From the NCBI GenBank assembly GCA_964572735.1, contig CAZNHE010000005.1:8170-72169 (forward strand): a stretch of DNA of 64,000 nucleotides, given 5' to 3'. The notes under the pieces were generated by a model. It worked only from the letters and a program-made list of their open reading frames with translations, was not told the origin of the DNA and did not search any database. The DNA is from an uncultured Chitinophagales bacterium (lineage in GTDB: Bacteria > Bacteroidota > Rhodothermia > Balneolales > DATFMH01). Below, in pieces: positions 1 to 10,575 of the stretch. A program made the position numbers and the translations under genes. Positions within the stretch are counted from its first letter, which is position 1, and each line of letters opens with the position of its first letter.

Positions 1-233
1 CCCACGATGATCCCGACAATAATCATCTCAAAGGAAAGGATATGCTTGTCGAGCAGGGTGACCACGATCCCCAGTAACATGCCGAGGGCCGACAACTGGT
101 TTCCCGTGCGGGCTGTTGCCGGCGAACTCATCTTCTGCATCCCGACAATAAACAGGATGATGGCCACCAGGTAAACCAATTGTGTTACGTCAGGCAGCCA
201 GGTCTGTGACACAAACCATAAAAAACATATCAT
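1..233 (-). CDS. pntB: NAD(P) transhydrogenase subunit beta, N-terminal 77 codons only; the gene runs off the left edge
   Basis: Hand translation of the minus strand from the ATG at 233-231 gives MICFLWFVSQTWLPDVTQLVYLVAIILFIVGMQKMSSPATARTGNQLSALGMLLGIVVTLLDKHILSFEMIIVGIIV. This is a hydrophobic PntB-like N-terminus. The start overlaps the pntAB stop (TAATG) and completes the pntAA-pntAB-pntB order. Confidence 0.75.
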   Translation of the reverse strand, partial: MICFLWFVSQTWLPDVTQLVYLVAIILFIVGMQKMSSPATARTGNQLSALGMLLGIVVTLLDKHILSFEMIIVGIIV

Positions 234-511
234 TATCGGCGTTCCTTTTTTCTGAACATTTGCAGCATCCGGTCTGTGACGGCATAACCGCCCACTACGT
301 TGATCGTTGCGAATATGATAGCAACCAGTCCCAGTACTGATTCAAGAGAGCCGGTCGTTTCCCCGGCCACCAACAGGGCGCCGATAATAGTGATGCCCGA
401 AATGGCGTTGGAGCCGGACATCAGCGGCGTGTGGAGCGTTGTCGGAACTTTCGAGATTACCTCGAATCCCACAAAACTGGCCAGCACGAATACAAATAAG
501 TTCATGATCAT
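233..511 (-). CDS. pntAB: NAD(P) transhydrogenase subunit alpha part 2 (small membrane subunit)
   Basis: The 92-aa ORF is very hydrophobic (SGSNAISGITIIGALL, ATINVVGGYAVTDRML) and sits directly downstream of the dI subunit gene. Confidence 0.85.
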   Translation of the reverse strand: MIMNLFVFVLASFVGFEVISKVPTTLHTPLMSGSNAISGITIIGALLVAGETTGSLESVLGLVAIIFATINVVGGYAVTDRMLQMFRKKERR

Positions 512-544
512 GGATTTCTCCGTCTGTATACGTTCTTTATTAAA

Positions 545-1675
545 TTAAGACTCACCTTTTTTAACAGCAGGGCTCACTATTTCTCCGTTGTGGGTGATAG
601 TTGCGTTTTTAATGATTTCATCGTCAAAATCGAGATTCAACCCGCCGTCTTTGATTAAAAGTCCGAGAAGCGCCGATATATTTCTGGAATAAAGCTGGCT
701 GGCGTGTACCGGCAATAACGAAGTGATATTCAGTGGAGCGTGAATAGTTACCCCATTATGAATGGTCACCTCTCCCGGACGGGTGAGTTCGCAGTTTCCG
801 CCCTGTTCTCCTGCCAGATCAACAATGACCGATCCGTTGGCCATCGCTTCAACCGTCTCCCTGGTGATCAGCACCGGAGCCGGTTTGCCCGGAATCAGGG
901 CTGTGGTTATGATGATATCCGAGCGTTTTGCATGATTATGGATGGCCTTTTTCTGGCGCATCTGGTTTTCTTCAGATAATTCCTTTGCATACCCGTCTTC
1001 GGTCTCTGTATCGGCCTCCTCCAGTTTCACTTCTACGAACTTCGCCCCCAGGCTTTCCACCTGTTCTTTCACAGCGGGGCGCACGTCAAAAGCTTCCACA
1101 ACGGCTCCGAGGCGGTGAAGCGTCGCAATTGCCTGCAGGCCCGCCACACCGGCTCCAAGCACCAGCGCGCGTGCCGGCGGGATCGTGCCGGCGGCCGTCA
1201 TCATCATCGGAAGATATTTGCCCAGTGAGTTGGCGGCAATGAGTGCCGCTTTATATCCCGAAATCGAGCTCATGGAAGACAGGGCGTCCATCTTTTGCGC
1301 ACGGGTGATGCGGGGTACGGCATCCAGACCGATGGCTGTAACTTTTGCCTCCTTAAGCTGCTGAACCAGCTCCTGGTTGAACAGAGCTCCCAGGAATGAA
1401 ATAAGCACCGTGCCCGGCTTTATCCCTGCAATCTCTTCGGCATCCGGTTTCTGAACTTTCACCAATATCTGCGCGGATCCCAGAATATCTGCTGACTTGT
1501 CTTTGATTACGGCTCCGGCATCGGAATATACCGCGTCGGTGAAGGATGAAGCCTCACCTGCACCTTTTTCCACCCAGACTTCCATATTTTGCCCGACAAG
1601 TCCCTGAACGCTTTCAGGAACCAGCGCAACACGTCGTTCAGATTCGGCCTTTTCTTTTAATACAGCGATGATCAC
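545..1675 (-). CDS. pntAA: NAD(P) transhydrogenase subunit alpha part 1 (alanine-dehydrogenase-like NAD(H)-binding domain)
   Basis: The 376-aa ORF has the N-terminal pattern ERRVALVPESV..GAGEASSFTDAVYSDAGA and the Rossmann motif VLGAGVAGLQAI. Confidence 0.9.
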   Translation of the reverse strand: MIIAVLKEKAESERRVALVPESVQGLVGQNMEVWVEKGAGEASSFTDAVYSDAGAVIKDKSADILGSAQILVKVQKPDAEEIAGIKPGTVLISFLGALFNQELVQQLKEAKVTAIGLDAVPRITRAQKMDALSSMSSISGYKAALIAANSLGKYLPMMMTAAGTIPPARALVLGAGVAGLQAIATLHRLGAVVEAFDVRPAVKEQVESLGAKFVEVKLEEADTETEDGYAKELSEENQMRQKKAIHNHAKRSDIIITTALIPGKPAPVLITRETVEAMANGSVIVDLAGEQGGNCELTRPGEVTIHNGVTIHAPLNITSLLPVHASQLYSRNISALLGLLIKDGGLNLDFDDEIIKNATITHNGEIVSPAVKKGES

Positions 1676-2059
1676 AATGGGTTCCCTCCTCTGGAGATAA
1701 AATAAGCGCTTAACCGCCTTTCAATCACGATTCAATAAGAGTCAGTAAAGTAAAGCCATCAAAATATAAATAGCGGCCAATGGAAGCAATTCAAAATTGG
1801 GCCGACAGTTTTAATAACTGATTTACGGGACCTATATTTTTGTGGAAACCGTTAAACCCGGTATCGCGATGAGATCCGCACAGGTCAACCCGCGAAAACG
1901 TGCCGTGAAGCAGGAAGTTGGTCAGATTAATGGCTATTTTCCGACAGCCCGTTCGACGAACGAAAGCAAATACAAAAAACGGTCCCTCTTCCGTTAACCA
2001 GATGGCTACAGGGTTTTCATTCAGACCGTTATTCTTTTACATCAGCAAACAGGTTTTTT

Positions 2060-3031
2060 ATGGAAGATATTGCCGGAAATACGTTTAAAGTGGTGATTAT
2101 TGGCAGCGGGCCTGCAGGCTTGACGGCGGCTTTGTATGCGGCACGGGCCGATCTGAACCCCATTGTTTTTGAAGGTCCCGAGCCCGGCGGCCAGTTGATG
2201 ACCACCACCGATGTGGAGAATTTTCCCGGTTTCCCGGAAGGATTGATGGGGCCCAGAATGATGGATCTGTTCCGCGAGCAGGCCCGGCGTTTTGGTGCCG
2301 ATACCCGTTATGGGATGATTACAAATATTGATTTCGACAAACGCCCGTTCAAGCTGACGATTGACGAGAGGACGGAAATTTATGCTCATGCCATTATCGT
2401 ATCAACCGGGGCTTCGGCAAAATGGCTCGGACTGAAGAGTGAGCAGCGGCTTCGCGGCCATGGTGTATCGGCCTGTGCCACCTGCGACGGGGCCTTCTTC
2501 CGGAACCAGCACATCGCCGTGGTAGGCGGGGGCGATACAGCCATGGAAGAAGCCACCTTTTTAACGAAATTTGCCGAAAAAGTGACGGTCATTCATCGCC
2601 GGAAGGAGTTACGTGCCTCAAAAGCCATGCAGCACCGTGCATTCAACAATCCCAAAATCGAATTTGTGTGGGATAGCGTGGTTGAAGAGGTGTTGGGGGA
2701 TCAATTGGTTGAAGGTATCCGTGTGAAAAATGTAAATACCGGCGAAATCACCACTCTTGAAGATGTGACGGGCTTATTTTTGGCAATTGGTCATAAACCG
2801 AATACCGATCTGTTTAAAGGTGTCCTCGATATGGATGAAGTGGGATACATCATCACCAGAGGGAAATCATCACATACCAATGTTGAGGGAATCTTTGCCT
2901 GCGGCGACGCCCAGGATCCCAGCTACCGCCAGGCAGTGACCGCTGCCGGATCGGGTTGCATGGCAGCCATCGATGCAGAGCGCTGGCTGCAGGAAATCGA
3001 AGAACCGGTGAGTGAAAGCAAACCGGCTTAA
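2060..3031 (+). CDS. trxB: Thioredoxin-disulfide reductase
   Basis: The 323-aa ORF has the FAD motif VVIIGSGPAGLTAA, the redox-active CATCDG and the NADPH motif VVGGGDTAMEEA. Confidence 0.95.
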   Translation: MEDIAGNTFKVVIIGSGPAGLTAALYAARADLNPIVFEGPEPGGQLMTTTDVENFPGFPEGLMGPRMMDLFREQARRFGADTRYGMITNIDFDKRPFKLTIDERTEIYAHAIIVSTGASAKWLGLKSEQRLRGHGVSACATCDGAFFRNQHIAVVGGGDTAMEEATFLTKFAEKVTVIHRRKELRASKAMQHRAFNNPKIEFVWDSVVEEVLGDQLVEGIRVKNVNTGEITTLEDVTGLFLAIGHKPNTDLFKGVLDMDEVGYIITRGKSSHTNVEGIFACGDAQDPSYRQAVTAAGSGCMAAIDAERWLQEIEEPVSESKPA

Positions 3032-3058
3032 AACGATAAATTCCGAATCGTTTATTTA
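3031..3058. terminator. Hairpin terminator between convergent trxB and the DUF4342-like gene
   Basis: AAACGAT (3031-3037) pairs with ATCGTTT (3047-3053) around a 9-nt loop. The hairpin is T-rich on its 3' side on both strands. Confidence 0.45.
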
Positions 3059-3088
3059 TCGCAGAGGGCCCAAAAGATATCACAATGT

Positions 3089-3139
3089 TCACTATATGTT
3101 GTCTTCGTGTAACCTTCGTGAACATCGTGGTTTATCTTT
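3089..3139. repeat. Copy A of a 51-nt intergenic repeat; copy B is at 59802-59852
   Basis: An ungapped hand alignment of 3089-3139 against 59802-59852 gives 44/51 identical positions. The shared core is AACCTTCGTGAACAT.GTGGTT.ATCTTT. Confidence 0.7.
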
Positions 3140-3149
3140 CAATTACCCG

Positions 3150-3524
3150 TCATTCCTTATTCTCTCCTTTTTCTTCTCCTTCATTTTCATCTTCAACTTC
3201 GATAACGGTGGCATCGACCTCGTGTTCATCCACCGGTTCTTCCCGCTCGACGTAGATGCTGTAATCGTTCATAAAAAGGGCAAAGAATCCCAGTGAAGTA
3301 ATCAGGGGTCCCAATGCCAGAAAGGTGACTCCGAACCCGGCCACCCCGAGGCTCAGGGGAACATCAAACAAAACATCATCTTTCGAGTTGCGTACGCTGA
3401 TCCGCTTAACGTTACCCTCTCGGATCACTTCCCGTATGCGGTCAATCAGTTCGGCTCCTGTAACGCGGATGTCTTCAAAAACGGTTTTCGTCTTCTTCAT
3501 GGCTATTGGAAATTGTTTATTCAT
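3150..3524 (-). CDS. Small protein of unknown function (DUF4342-like) with a hydrophobic hairpin and an acidic C-terminal tail
   Basis: The 124-aa ORF shows the pattern VTGAELIDRIREVIREGNVKRISVRN, then two hydrophobic segments, then an E/D-rich tail. The family name is from memory. Confidence 0.55.
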   Translation of the reverse strand: MNKQFPIAMKKTKTVFEDIRVTGAELIDRIREVIREGNVKRISVRNSKDDVLFDVPLSLGVAGFGVTFLALGPLITSLGFFALFMNDYSIYVEREEPVDEHEVDATVIEVEDENEGEEKGENKE

Positions 3525-3592
3525 GATCGTGTGTAAGGTTTGTGCTTCTCTATGATCTTATTACGTAGAGGCTTTAAAAAAGATACATATTT

Positions 3593-5134
3593 ATGCTTGC
3601 TCACGTTCACTGTGCCTCAACATTCGGGGTTGACGCCCATCTCATCGATGTGGAGGTACATATGATACCGGGGTTGCCGAAGTACAACCTGGTTGGTCTG
3701 CCTGACCGGGCGATCACCGAGTCGTATGCGCGAATTGACGCCGCCCTGAAAAATGCGGGATATAAGATGCCGCGCGGGCGCATTACCATTAACCTGGCGC
3801 CGGCCGATCTTCCCAAAGAAGGGAGCGCCTTTGATCTGCCGATCGCCACCGGACTGCTGGCCGTGTCGCACCAGATCCGGAACGACCGGCTGAAGGAAAC
3901 GCTTGTTTTGGGTGAGCTGGCGCTTGATGGACAATTACGTCCGGTTAAAGGAGTACTGCCTATTGCCGTCACTGCACAAAAAAGGGGATTGAAAAACCTC
4001 ATTGTTCCGATCGATAATGCCTATGAAGCAGCCGTCGTCGAAGGGCTGAGGGTCTACGGACTGGCGCACGTGCGCGACGTCATTCGCTGGATGAATCAGG
4101 AGCAGCAATATGATGCCGTGTCTGTTGATATCCGGAAATTGTTTGCCAATGGTTACAGCGCCGAGGTTGTGGATTTCATGGATGTGCGGGGTCAGGAAAA
4201 CGTGAAGCGATCTCTGGAGGTTGCAGCAGCAGGTGGACATAACATCATCATGGTGGGCCCGCCCGGATCGGGAAAAACGATGCTGGCACGCCGCCTGTCA
4301 ACCATTCTGCCGCCTATGAACCTGCACGAGGCTTTGGAAACCACTAAAATCCATTCCGTTTCCGGACTTCTGCCGCCTGGTAAGGGGCTGGTAACCCATC
4401 GTCCCTTCCGTTCACCTCATCATACTGTTTCGGATGTGGCGCTGGTGGGAGGAGGCAGCATCCCGATGCCCGGGGAAATCTCATTGGCTCACAATGGTGT
4501 ATTGTTTCTGGATGAATTGCCTGAATTCAAACGCAGTGCTCTTGAAGTGCTTCGTCAGCCGCTGGAAGACGGAAAAGTAAGCATTTCCCGCGCCCGTATG
4601 AGTGTGAATTATCCGAGCAAGATCATGCTGGTGGCCTCGATGAACCCCTCACCTTCCGGCGACTGGTATGATCCGTCCGATGCTTCAGGGATTTCCCCTG
4701 TTCAGATGCAGCGATACCTGGGCAGGATCAGCGGTCCCCTGCTGGACCGGATTGATCTGCATATTGAAGTGAATAAGGTGAGCTTCGAAGAACTGAACAG
4801 CCGTTCGGCAGGAGAACCGTCAAAAGAGATCAGAAAGCGGGTGGTAGAGGCCAGGACCATACAGAATAACCGGTTTATGGGGATTGACGGAGTTTACTGC
4901 AATGCCCAGATGACGCCCCGCATGGTTCGCAAAATCTGCAGGATTGATGAGGCGGGGTCCCAATTGCTCAAAAAAGCCATCGACCGCCTGGGCCTGTCGG
5001 CACGCGCATATGACCGGATACTCAAGGTTTCGCGCACTATCGCCGATCTGGCTCATTCCGAAACAATCCGGACCGAACATCTCGCCGAAGCCATCCAGTA
5101 TCGGAATTTAGACCGGTCGGGCTGGCTGGGGTGA
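3593..5134 (+). CDS. comM: YifB/ComM family Mg-chelatase-like AAA+ ATPase
   Basis: The 513-aa ORF has a Lon-like N-terminal domain, Walker [10 protein letters not shown], Walker [11 protein letters not shown] and the C-terminal [18 protein letters not shown]. Confidence 0.9.
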   Translation: MLAHVHCASTFGVDAHLIDVEVHMIPGLPKYNLVGLPDRAITESYARIDAALKNAGYKMPRGRITINLAPADLPKEGSAFDLPIATGLLAVSHQIRNDRLKETLVLGELALDGQLRPVKGVLPIAVTAQKRGLKNLIVPIDNAYEAAVVEGLRVYGLAHVRDVIRWMNQEQQYDAVSVDIRKLFANGYSAEVVDFMDVRGQENVKRSLEVAAAGGHNIIMVGPPGSGKTMLARRLSTILPPMNLHEALETTKIHSVSGLLPPGKGLVTHRPFRSPHHTVSDVALVGGGSIPMPGEISLAHNGVLFLDELPEFKRSALEVLRQPLEDGKVSISRARMSVNYPSKIMLVASMNPSPSGDWYDPSDASGISPVQMQRYLGRISGPLLDRIDLHIEVNKVSFEELNSRSAGEPSKEIRKRVVEARTIQNNRFMGIDGVYCNAQMTPRMVRKICRIDEAGSQLLKKAIDRLGLSARAYDRILKVSRTIADLAHSETIRTEHLAEAIQYRNLDRSGWLG

Positions 5135-5284
5135 AGGGATAAAAAGGACGCCCCAAAGGTTTCGAACTTTTGGAGTGGTAGGAAAGGATATACGAACAAG
5201 GATTAACGATTTAGGATTTAAGGAGGGGAAAACAGGTCTCTGGAAAAAGAGGTTCGAAAATCATCAATTTTTGCCGGGATATTG

Positions 5285-5320
5285 AAACCCGCAAGGTTTT
5301 TGAAGACCTTACGGGTTTTT
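5285..5320 (+). terminator. Candidate rho-independent terminator after comM
   Basis: AAACCCGCAAGGT (5285-5297) pairs with ACCTTACGGGTTT (5306-5318) with one mismatch, and a T-run follows. Confidence 0.5.
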
Positions 5321-5387
5321 AGTACCAGGATGGCGTTTCCATACGATTTTATACCTCTTATCTTTCAAAGAAAAAAATCGTAATTCA

Positions 5388-7826
5388 ATGCCGCAATTCG
5401 CCGACATCGCACTTCCTACGGCTGTCCGGGAGGTTTTTACCTGGCACATACCCGATGCGCTCGAAGCTTCCGTGAAGCCTGGAATGCGCGTGTGGGTGCC
5501 TCTGCAGTCGCACATGGCGATAGGCATGGTTGTAAAGGTTCATGACGAGAAGCCGGATTTTGAGACCAAACCTGTTCGGAAAGTACTGGACGATCAGCCC
5601 GTCATGCCGGATGAAATCCTGCGGCTTACTCATTGGGTACACCGGTTTTATTATGCCGGATGGGGTGAGACGATTCAGGCGGCCCTGCCGGTGGGGCTCA
5701 ATTTCATCTCCCAAAAAATCCTCCGGCCCGGTCCGGTTCAGGAAGCCGCCCTGATTCTTTCCGCAGAAGAAGATGCATTGCTGAATGAAGTCCGTTCCAA
5801 AGGTTCTCTGCCTCTTGTCAATGCCGAACAGCAATGGAAACCAAACGGTGCGGAGTTCATTCGGCAACTCGTAAACTATGGTCTGTTGGAGATCTGGGAA
5901 GAACCCCGCACACGGGTGGAGTCGAAAATGGAGACGCGCTGGCTGTGGAACGAAGGTATTGGTGAAGACGACCTGGCGGGTGTTTATAAAGCCTACGGGG
6001 ACAGGAAAGATCCTAAGTGGGTACAGGCGCTTCGCAGGCTTGAGGAACGGGGGCTGCCGTTATTCCGGCATGAGCTGGAAGCCGAGCCTCTGCTGAACAA
6101 TTACACGTTGAACCGCATCCGCAAGGAAGGGCTGATCAGGGCGGAAGAGGTGCCGGTCGGCCTTCCTGAGCCGGAACTGGAATATGATCCCGGAAAAATC
6201 CGGCAGCTGAACAGATCGCAGCAGGCGGCCTTTCAGGAAATCTCCGGAGCGATTGATGCAGGAGAGTTTCGGCAATTCCTGATTTACGGCGTGACAGGAA
6301 GCGGAAAGACCGAAGTCTATATTCACGCTTTGAAGAAAGTGCTGGATTCGGACCGGGGCGGATTGGTGCTTGTCCCCGAAATTGCTTTGACGCCGCAGAC
6401 AGTGCGTCGTTTTTACCAGATTTTCGGAAATACAATTGCCGTACTTCACAGCCGTCTGAGTGAGCGTGAACGCTACGAAGCGTGGCTGGATCTGCGTGAA
6501 GGGAAACGCCGGGTGGCTGTGGGCGCGCGATCGGCGGTTTTTGCTCCTGTCCGTAATCTGGGTATTATCATCATCGACGAGGAGCACGATCAGTCGTACA
6601 AGCAGGAGGATCCCGCTCCGCGATACAACGCCCGGGAGGTGGCGCTGATGCGCGGATATCTCACAAAAAGTGTGGTTGTTCTGGGATCGGCAACACCGAG
6701 TGCCATCAGTTATCATTCTGCACGGACCGGGAAAAGTACATTGCTGAATCTCCCCGAACGACATGCAGATGCGGCCCTTCCTGCGGTGAAAGTTCTGGAT
6801 CTCCGCCAGTACCGGAAGGCCATGCAGGGACCGCTTACCGTTCCGCTTTACCTTGCCATAGAAGAGGCGCTGGGGAAGAAGGAGCAGACCATCCTGCTGT
6901 ATAACCGCCGTGGATTTGCCAGTTATATACAATGTGAAGCCTGTGGGCACATCATGGAATGTCCCAATTGTTCGGTAAGCCTGACGTATCATAAGGCGAA
7001 GAACCATTTGAGATGCCATTACTGCGGATATACCTGCTTAAAACGGCAGCAATGTCCGCAGTGCGGGGAAGCGGCGCTGCATGAGCAGGGGGCGGGCACT
7101 CAGCAAATTGAAGAAGACATCGGCGCTTTGTTTCCGGAGGCACGGCTTTTACGGATGGATCAGGATACGACTTCCGGGAAGGATGCCCATGCCCGGATTC
7201 TCAATGCGTTCGGATCGGGAGAGGCAGACATCCTGATAGGAACACAACTCATTTCCAAAGGACTCGACTTCCCCAATGTTACCGTGGTAGGAGTGATCAA
7301 TTCGGATACCGAACTGGCTTTTCCCTCCTATCGTTCTTCGGAACGTATGTTTCAGCTGCTCAGCCAGGTTGCCGGGCGGTCGGGCCGGTCGCATAAAAAA
7401 GGAACCGTTTATCTGCAGACCTGGCAGCCTGGCCATATAGCAGTGGTCTGCGCACGCGATCATGATTATCGGAAATTTATCGGGCAGGAGCTGGAATATC
7501 GTGAGCAGTTGTTTTATCCTCCGTTTTCGCGGCTCATCGCCGTTTTTTTCAAGTCGAAAGACGGAACGCGGGTTCATAAGGCAGCCGAAGTTTTCGGGGA
7601 TTGCCTCAGCGAAGCTGCGGGAGGAGCCCCTATCCTGGGTCCTTCACCTGCTGTCATCTCCCGGATGCAGGGACAGTACCGCTGGGAGTGCATGCTAAAG
7701 ATCGATCCTGCAAACGGGGCCCGCAGTATCGAAAAAATGCTGAATAGGGCGTTCTCGTTGTATCAGGAGCGAAAGCCGGCGGGGTCAAACCGGGTCCGGA
7801 TTACCGTAAATGTAGATGTTCTCTGA
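5388..7826 (+). CDS. priA: Primosomal protein N' (replication restart helicase)
   Basis: The 812-aa ORF has Walker A GVTGSGKTEVY, DEEH (IIDEEHD) and the Cys-rich zinc region CEACGHIMECPNCSVSLTYH..LRCHYCG..CPQCG. Confidence 0.95.
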   Translation: MPQFADIALPTAVREVFTWHIPDALEASVKPGMRVWVPLQSHMAIGMVVKVHDEKPDFETKPVRKVLDDQPVMPDEILRLTHWVHRFYYAGWGETIQAALPVGLNFISQKILRPGPVQEAALILSAEEDALLNEVRSKGSLPLVNAEQQWKPNGAEFIRQLVNYGLLEIWEEPRTRVESKMETRWLWNEGIGEDDLAGVYKAYGDRKDPKWVQALRRLEERGLPLFRHELEAEPLLNNYTLNRIRKEGLIRAEEVPVGLPEPELEYDPGKIRQLNRSQQAAFQEISGAIDAGEFRQFLIYGVTGSGKTEVYIHALKKVLDSDRGGLVLVPEIALTPQTVRRFYQIFGNTIAVLHSRLSERERYEAWLDLREGKRRVAVGARSAVFAPVRNLGIIIIDEEHDQSYKQEDPAPRYNAREVALMRGYLTKSVVVLGSATPSAISYHSARTGKSTLLNLPERHADAALPAVKVLDLRQYRKAMQGPLTVPLYLAIEEALGKKEQTILLYNRRGFASYIQCEACGHIMECPNCSVSLTYHKAKNHLRCHYCGYTCLKRQQCPQCGEAALHEQGAGTQQIEEDIGALFPEARLLRMDQDTTSGKDAHARILNAFGSGEADILIGTQLISKGLDFPNVTVVGVINSDTELAFPSYRSSERMFQLLSQVAGRSGRSHKKGTVYLQTWQPGHIAVVCARDHDYRKFIGQELEYREQLFYPPFSRLIAVFFKSKDGTRVHKAAEVFGDCLSEAAGGAPILGPSPAVISRMQGQYRWECMLKIDPANGARSIEKMLNRAFSLYQERKPAGSNRVRITVNVDVL

Positions 7827-8139
7827 AGGGAAAGGCCGTCGGCTGTTAGTGCTCAGCTTTTAGTCATCCGTCTTTTTCGCGTATTTTACGGGGAAATTCC
7901 ATCCACAATGAGCACTATGTGCTTATCTTTGGGTAAAACCTTTCTGCCCCCCATGCTTCGGGGGTTATCCTTCTCCCAAAGACAATTTTATGAGAGATTA
8001 TTTCAGATAAACCGGCTATTCATCATCACTCATCTTTTTTATTCTTTACCAGATCGGATATATTTGAGGGATATAATATTTTTCTGCAATGTAGGGTTTT
8101 CTTTATTTGCCCTTCAGTAAGAATATCAATCGTACATCT

Positions 8140-8823
8140 ATGACCGGCAACCAACCCCCTGCTGAAGTTTCCGACGTTTCAACCGTTGTGGAGGCGCTTA
8201 TTTTTGCAAGTCCGGATCCGGTTAGTGCAGAAGAGCTGTGCCGGCTGATCCGGGAGGCCGAAGAAGACATGGAACTTTACCCGGCCGATATCGAACAGGC
8301 CGTTGCTCTGCTTAACCAGGCGTACCGGGACAATGACCGGGCTTTTGGCATCGTTCATCGGGGAGGCGGGTACACGTTCGCCACGCATGAGCAATATCAC
8401 AAATGGCTGCAAAAATTCCAGCATGAGAATATATCGCGGAAGCTGACGCCCTCAGCCGTAGAAGTGCTGGCTATTGTTGCCTATAAACAGCCGGTTACCA
8501 AGCCGGAAATCGACCACATCCGGGGGGTGGATTCCGGATATCTGGTTCGCCAGCTGCTGGAAAAGGAGCTGGTGAAAGTGGCGGGGCGGAGCGATCGGCC
8601 AGGACGGCCCCTGTTGTATCGTACCACGTCGGTTTTTTTGAAACATTTTGGGATAAATGCGGTTGATGAACTCCCGCGGCCCCGCGAGATCGACGACATC
8701 CTGCGGGATGACGACATGGCGGAGCATCGCCAGCTCATGCTGGAGCTGAAGGCAGAACTTGCCGGGCACAACCGTGAATTATCAAATGAAAATGGCACAT
8801 CATCAAACGGAGTATCTGATTAA
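8140..8823 (+). CDS. scpB: SMC-ScpAB complex subunit ScpB
   Basis: The motif VVEALIFASPDPVSAEEL and winged-helix repeats are present. The ORF track opens at a TTG at 8107, but the ATG at 8140 (MTGNQPP) is the more likely start. Confidence 0.85.
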   Translation: MTGNQPPAEVSDVSTVVEALIFASPDPVSAEELCRLIREAEEDMELYPADIEQAVALLNQAYRDNDRAFGIVHRGGGYTFATHEQYHKWLQKFQHENISRKLTPSAVEVLAIVAYKQPVTKPEIDHIRGVDSGYLVRQLLEKELVKVAGRSDRPGRPLLYRTTSVFLKHFGINAVDELPRPREIDDILRDDDMAEHRQLMLELKAELAGHNRELSNENGTSSNGVSD

Positions 8824-9683
8824 TGAGACCTGAAAGGAACAACCGTTTACGGCGGAAGCCGGATCAGGAGAGAAAAAAGAGCGGCGGACGAAAACCAAAG
8901 AAGCCACAACGGGAAACGGGAGAAGTGCGACAGGATCCGGTCGGTCCCATGCGGCTCAATAAATATATTGCACACTCCGGCATCTGTTCGCGCCGGGAAG
9001 CCGACACCCTGATCGAGGCGGGCAAGGTAACAGTCAACGGGAAAGTGGTTTCCGAACTGGGATATAAGGTTGATCCTGCGGCCAGGATCGAAGTCAGCGG
9101 GTTTGAGATCGAGCCGGAACCTTTCGTGTATCTCCTGTTGTATAAGCCTCACAACACCATCACCACGACGAGCGACGACCGGGGCAGAAATACGGTTCTC
9201 GATCTCGTTGCCGATGTGGTCGGCAAGCGGGTTTACCCGGTGGGCCGCCTCGATCGCAATACCACCGGCGCTTTGTTCCTGACCAACGACGGAGAATTGG
9301 CGCATCGCCTGATGCATCCCTCGTATAAGGTAGGGAAAATATATGAAGTGCAGACCCTGCGGCCTCTCTCAGATGAAGAACTTGTCGGCCTCCGGAGAGG
9401 CGTGCAGCTGGAAGATGGCCCTGCCAAAGCATATTCGGTGCGCCGTCGTCCCGACCGGGGTGATATCATTCAGGTAGGTGTCCATGAGGGGCGTTATCAC
9501 ATGGTGCGGCGCATGATGGAAGCTCTGGGTACAGAGGCCGTCTCCCTAAAGCGTATCCGCTATGGTAATCTGACGCTCAAGGGGTTGCGGCCGGGCCGCT
9601 GGCGTTACCTGAAGAGGGATGAAGTCAACCAGATCCGGAAGATGGTAAAGCTGAACGAACTAAGGAATTCTCAAAAGTCATGA
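8823..9683 (+). CDS. rluB: rRNA pseudouridine synthase (RluB/RsuA family) with an S4 domain and a basic N-terminal tail
   Basis: The S4 motif is RLNKYIAHSGICSRREADTLI and the catalytic motif is VYPVGRLDRNTTGALFLTNDGELAHRLMHP. The start overlaps the scpB stop (TAATG). Confidence 0.9.
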   Translation: MRPERNNRLRRKPDQERKKSGGRKPKKPQRETGEVRQDPVGPMRLNKYIAHSGICSRREADTLIEAGKVTVNGKVVSELGYKVDPAARIEVSGFEIEPEPFVYLLLYKPHNTITTTSDDRGRNTVLDLVADVVGKRVYPVGRLDRNTTGALFLTNDGELAHRLMHPSYKVGKIYEVQTLRPLSDEELVGLRRGVQLEDGPAKAYSVRRRPDRGDIIQVGVHEGRYHMVRRMMEALGTEAVSLKRIRYGNLTLKGLRPGRWRYLKRDEVNQIRKMVKLNELRNSQKS

Positions 9684-10546
9684 AACATACAGTTAGTAAA
9701 CAGCAGGGAGCCGTGACCTCAACAGAAGGGCTGCCGATCCGGTATACACTATACGCACCTGTTTCGAGCGAAGAACCGATTCCGGTGGTCATTTTCCTTC
9801 ACGGTTTCAAAGGATTTAAAGACTGGGGCGCCTTCCCGGATGCCTGCATTGAAATCGCCGAAAGCGGTGTTGCAGTGGTGGCTGTGAATACCTCACATAA
9901 CGGTATCGGAGATAATCCCGAAGTCTTTGACCGGCTGGACCTTTTTGCCGAAAATACTCTCTCGCAAGAGCTTGAGGATATTCATACGGTTTTGGAATCC
10001 ATTAAAAACGGAATCATATCCACTGGAAAATATCCTTTTGAGACGACCCGAATCGGGATCATCGGGCATTCCCGCGGAGGGCATTCCGCTATCACGGCCG
10101 CCGCCGAATATCATGAGATTTCATGCCTGGTAACCTGGTCGGCCGTGGCCGATTATCTGAAGCAATGGGATCAGTTCGTGCTGGACGACTGGCATCAAAA
10201 GGGTTATACCGAAATACTAAACAGCCGTACCGAACAGTATATGCGACTCAACAAATCGGTGCTGGATGATGCGGTTGAGCATGCCGACCGGCTGATGGCC
10301 ATCCGGCGGATTAAAGAGATTTATATCCCGGCCTGTTTTATACACGCCAAAGAAGATCAGACGGTACCTTATACCGATCTGAACCTTCTGTATGAGAACT
10401 GCCCTTCGCCGGAAAAGAAGCGGGTGTTGATCCCGGATACCGGACATACTTTCGGGGCCGCTCATCCTTTTAATGAGGAGGTTCTGCCTGATGCCTTTCA
10501 GGAAGTGGTAAATCATACCGTAAACTGGCTTTCGGCCAATCTGTGA
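9680..10546 (+). CDS. Alpha/beta hydrolase (dienelactone-hydrolase/peptidase S9-like)
   Basis: The 288-aa ORF has the nucleophile elbow GIIGHSRGG, then late D and H residues (DQTVPY, DTGHTF). The start overlaps the rluB stop (ATGA). Confidence 0.7.
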   Translation: MKHTVSKQQGAVTSTEGLPIRYTLYAPVSSEEPIPVVIFLHGFKGFKDWGAFPDACIEIAESGVAVVAVNTSHNGIGDNPEVFDRLDLFAENTLSQELEDIHTVLESIKNGIISTGKYPFETTRIGIIGHSRGGHSAITAAAEYHEISCLVTWSAVADYLKQWDQFVLDDWHQKGYTEILNSRTEQYMRLNKSVLDDAVEHADRLMAIRRIKEIYIPACFIHAKEDQTVPYTDLNLLYENCPSPEKKRVLIPDTGHTFGAAHPFNEEVLPDAFQEVVNHTVNWLSANL

Positions 10547-10575
10547 GGTCTTAACCTTATTTCATCCATCACGTT

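Noticed and set aside
6060-7019. A 319-aa antisense ORF inside priA. Similar long shadow ORFs occur at 15327-16370 in the TBDR gene, 45922-46641, 58357-59220 and 59135-59908.
   Set aside because: All lie antisense to, or overlap, genes with strong motif support. Their translations are low-complexity (R/P/G/S-rich), as expected for shadow frames in GC-rich coding DNA.
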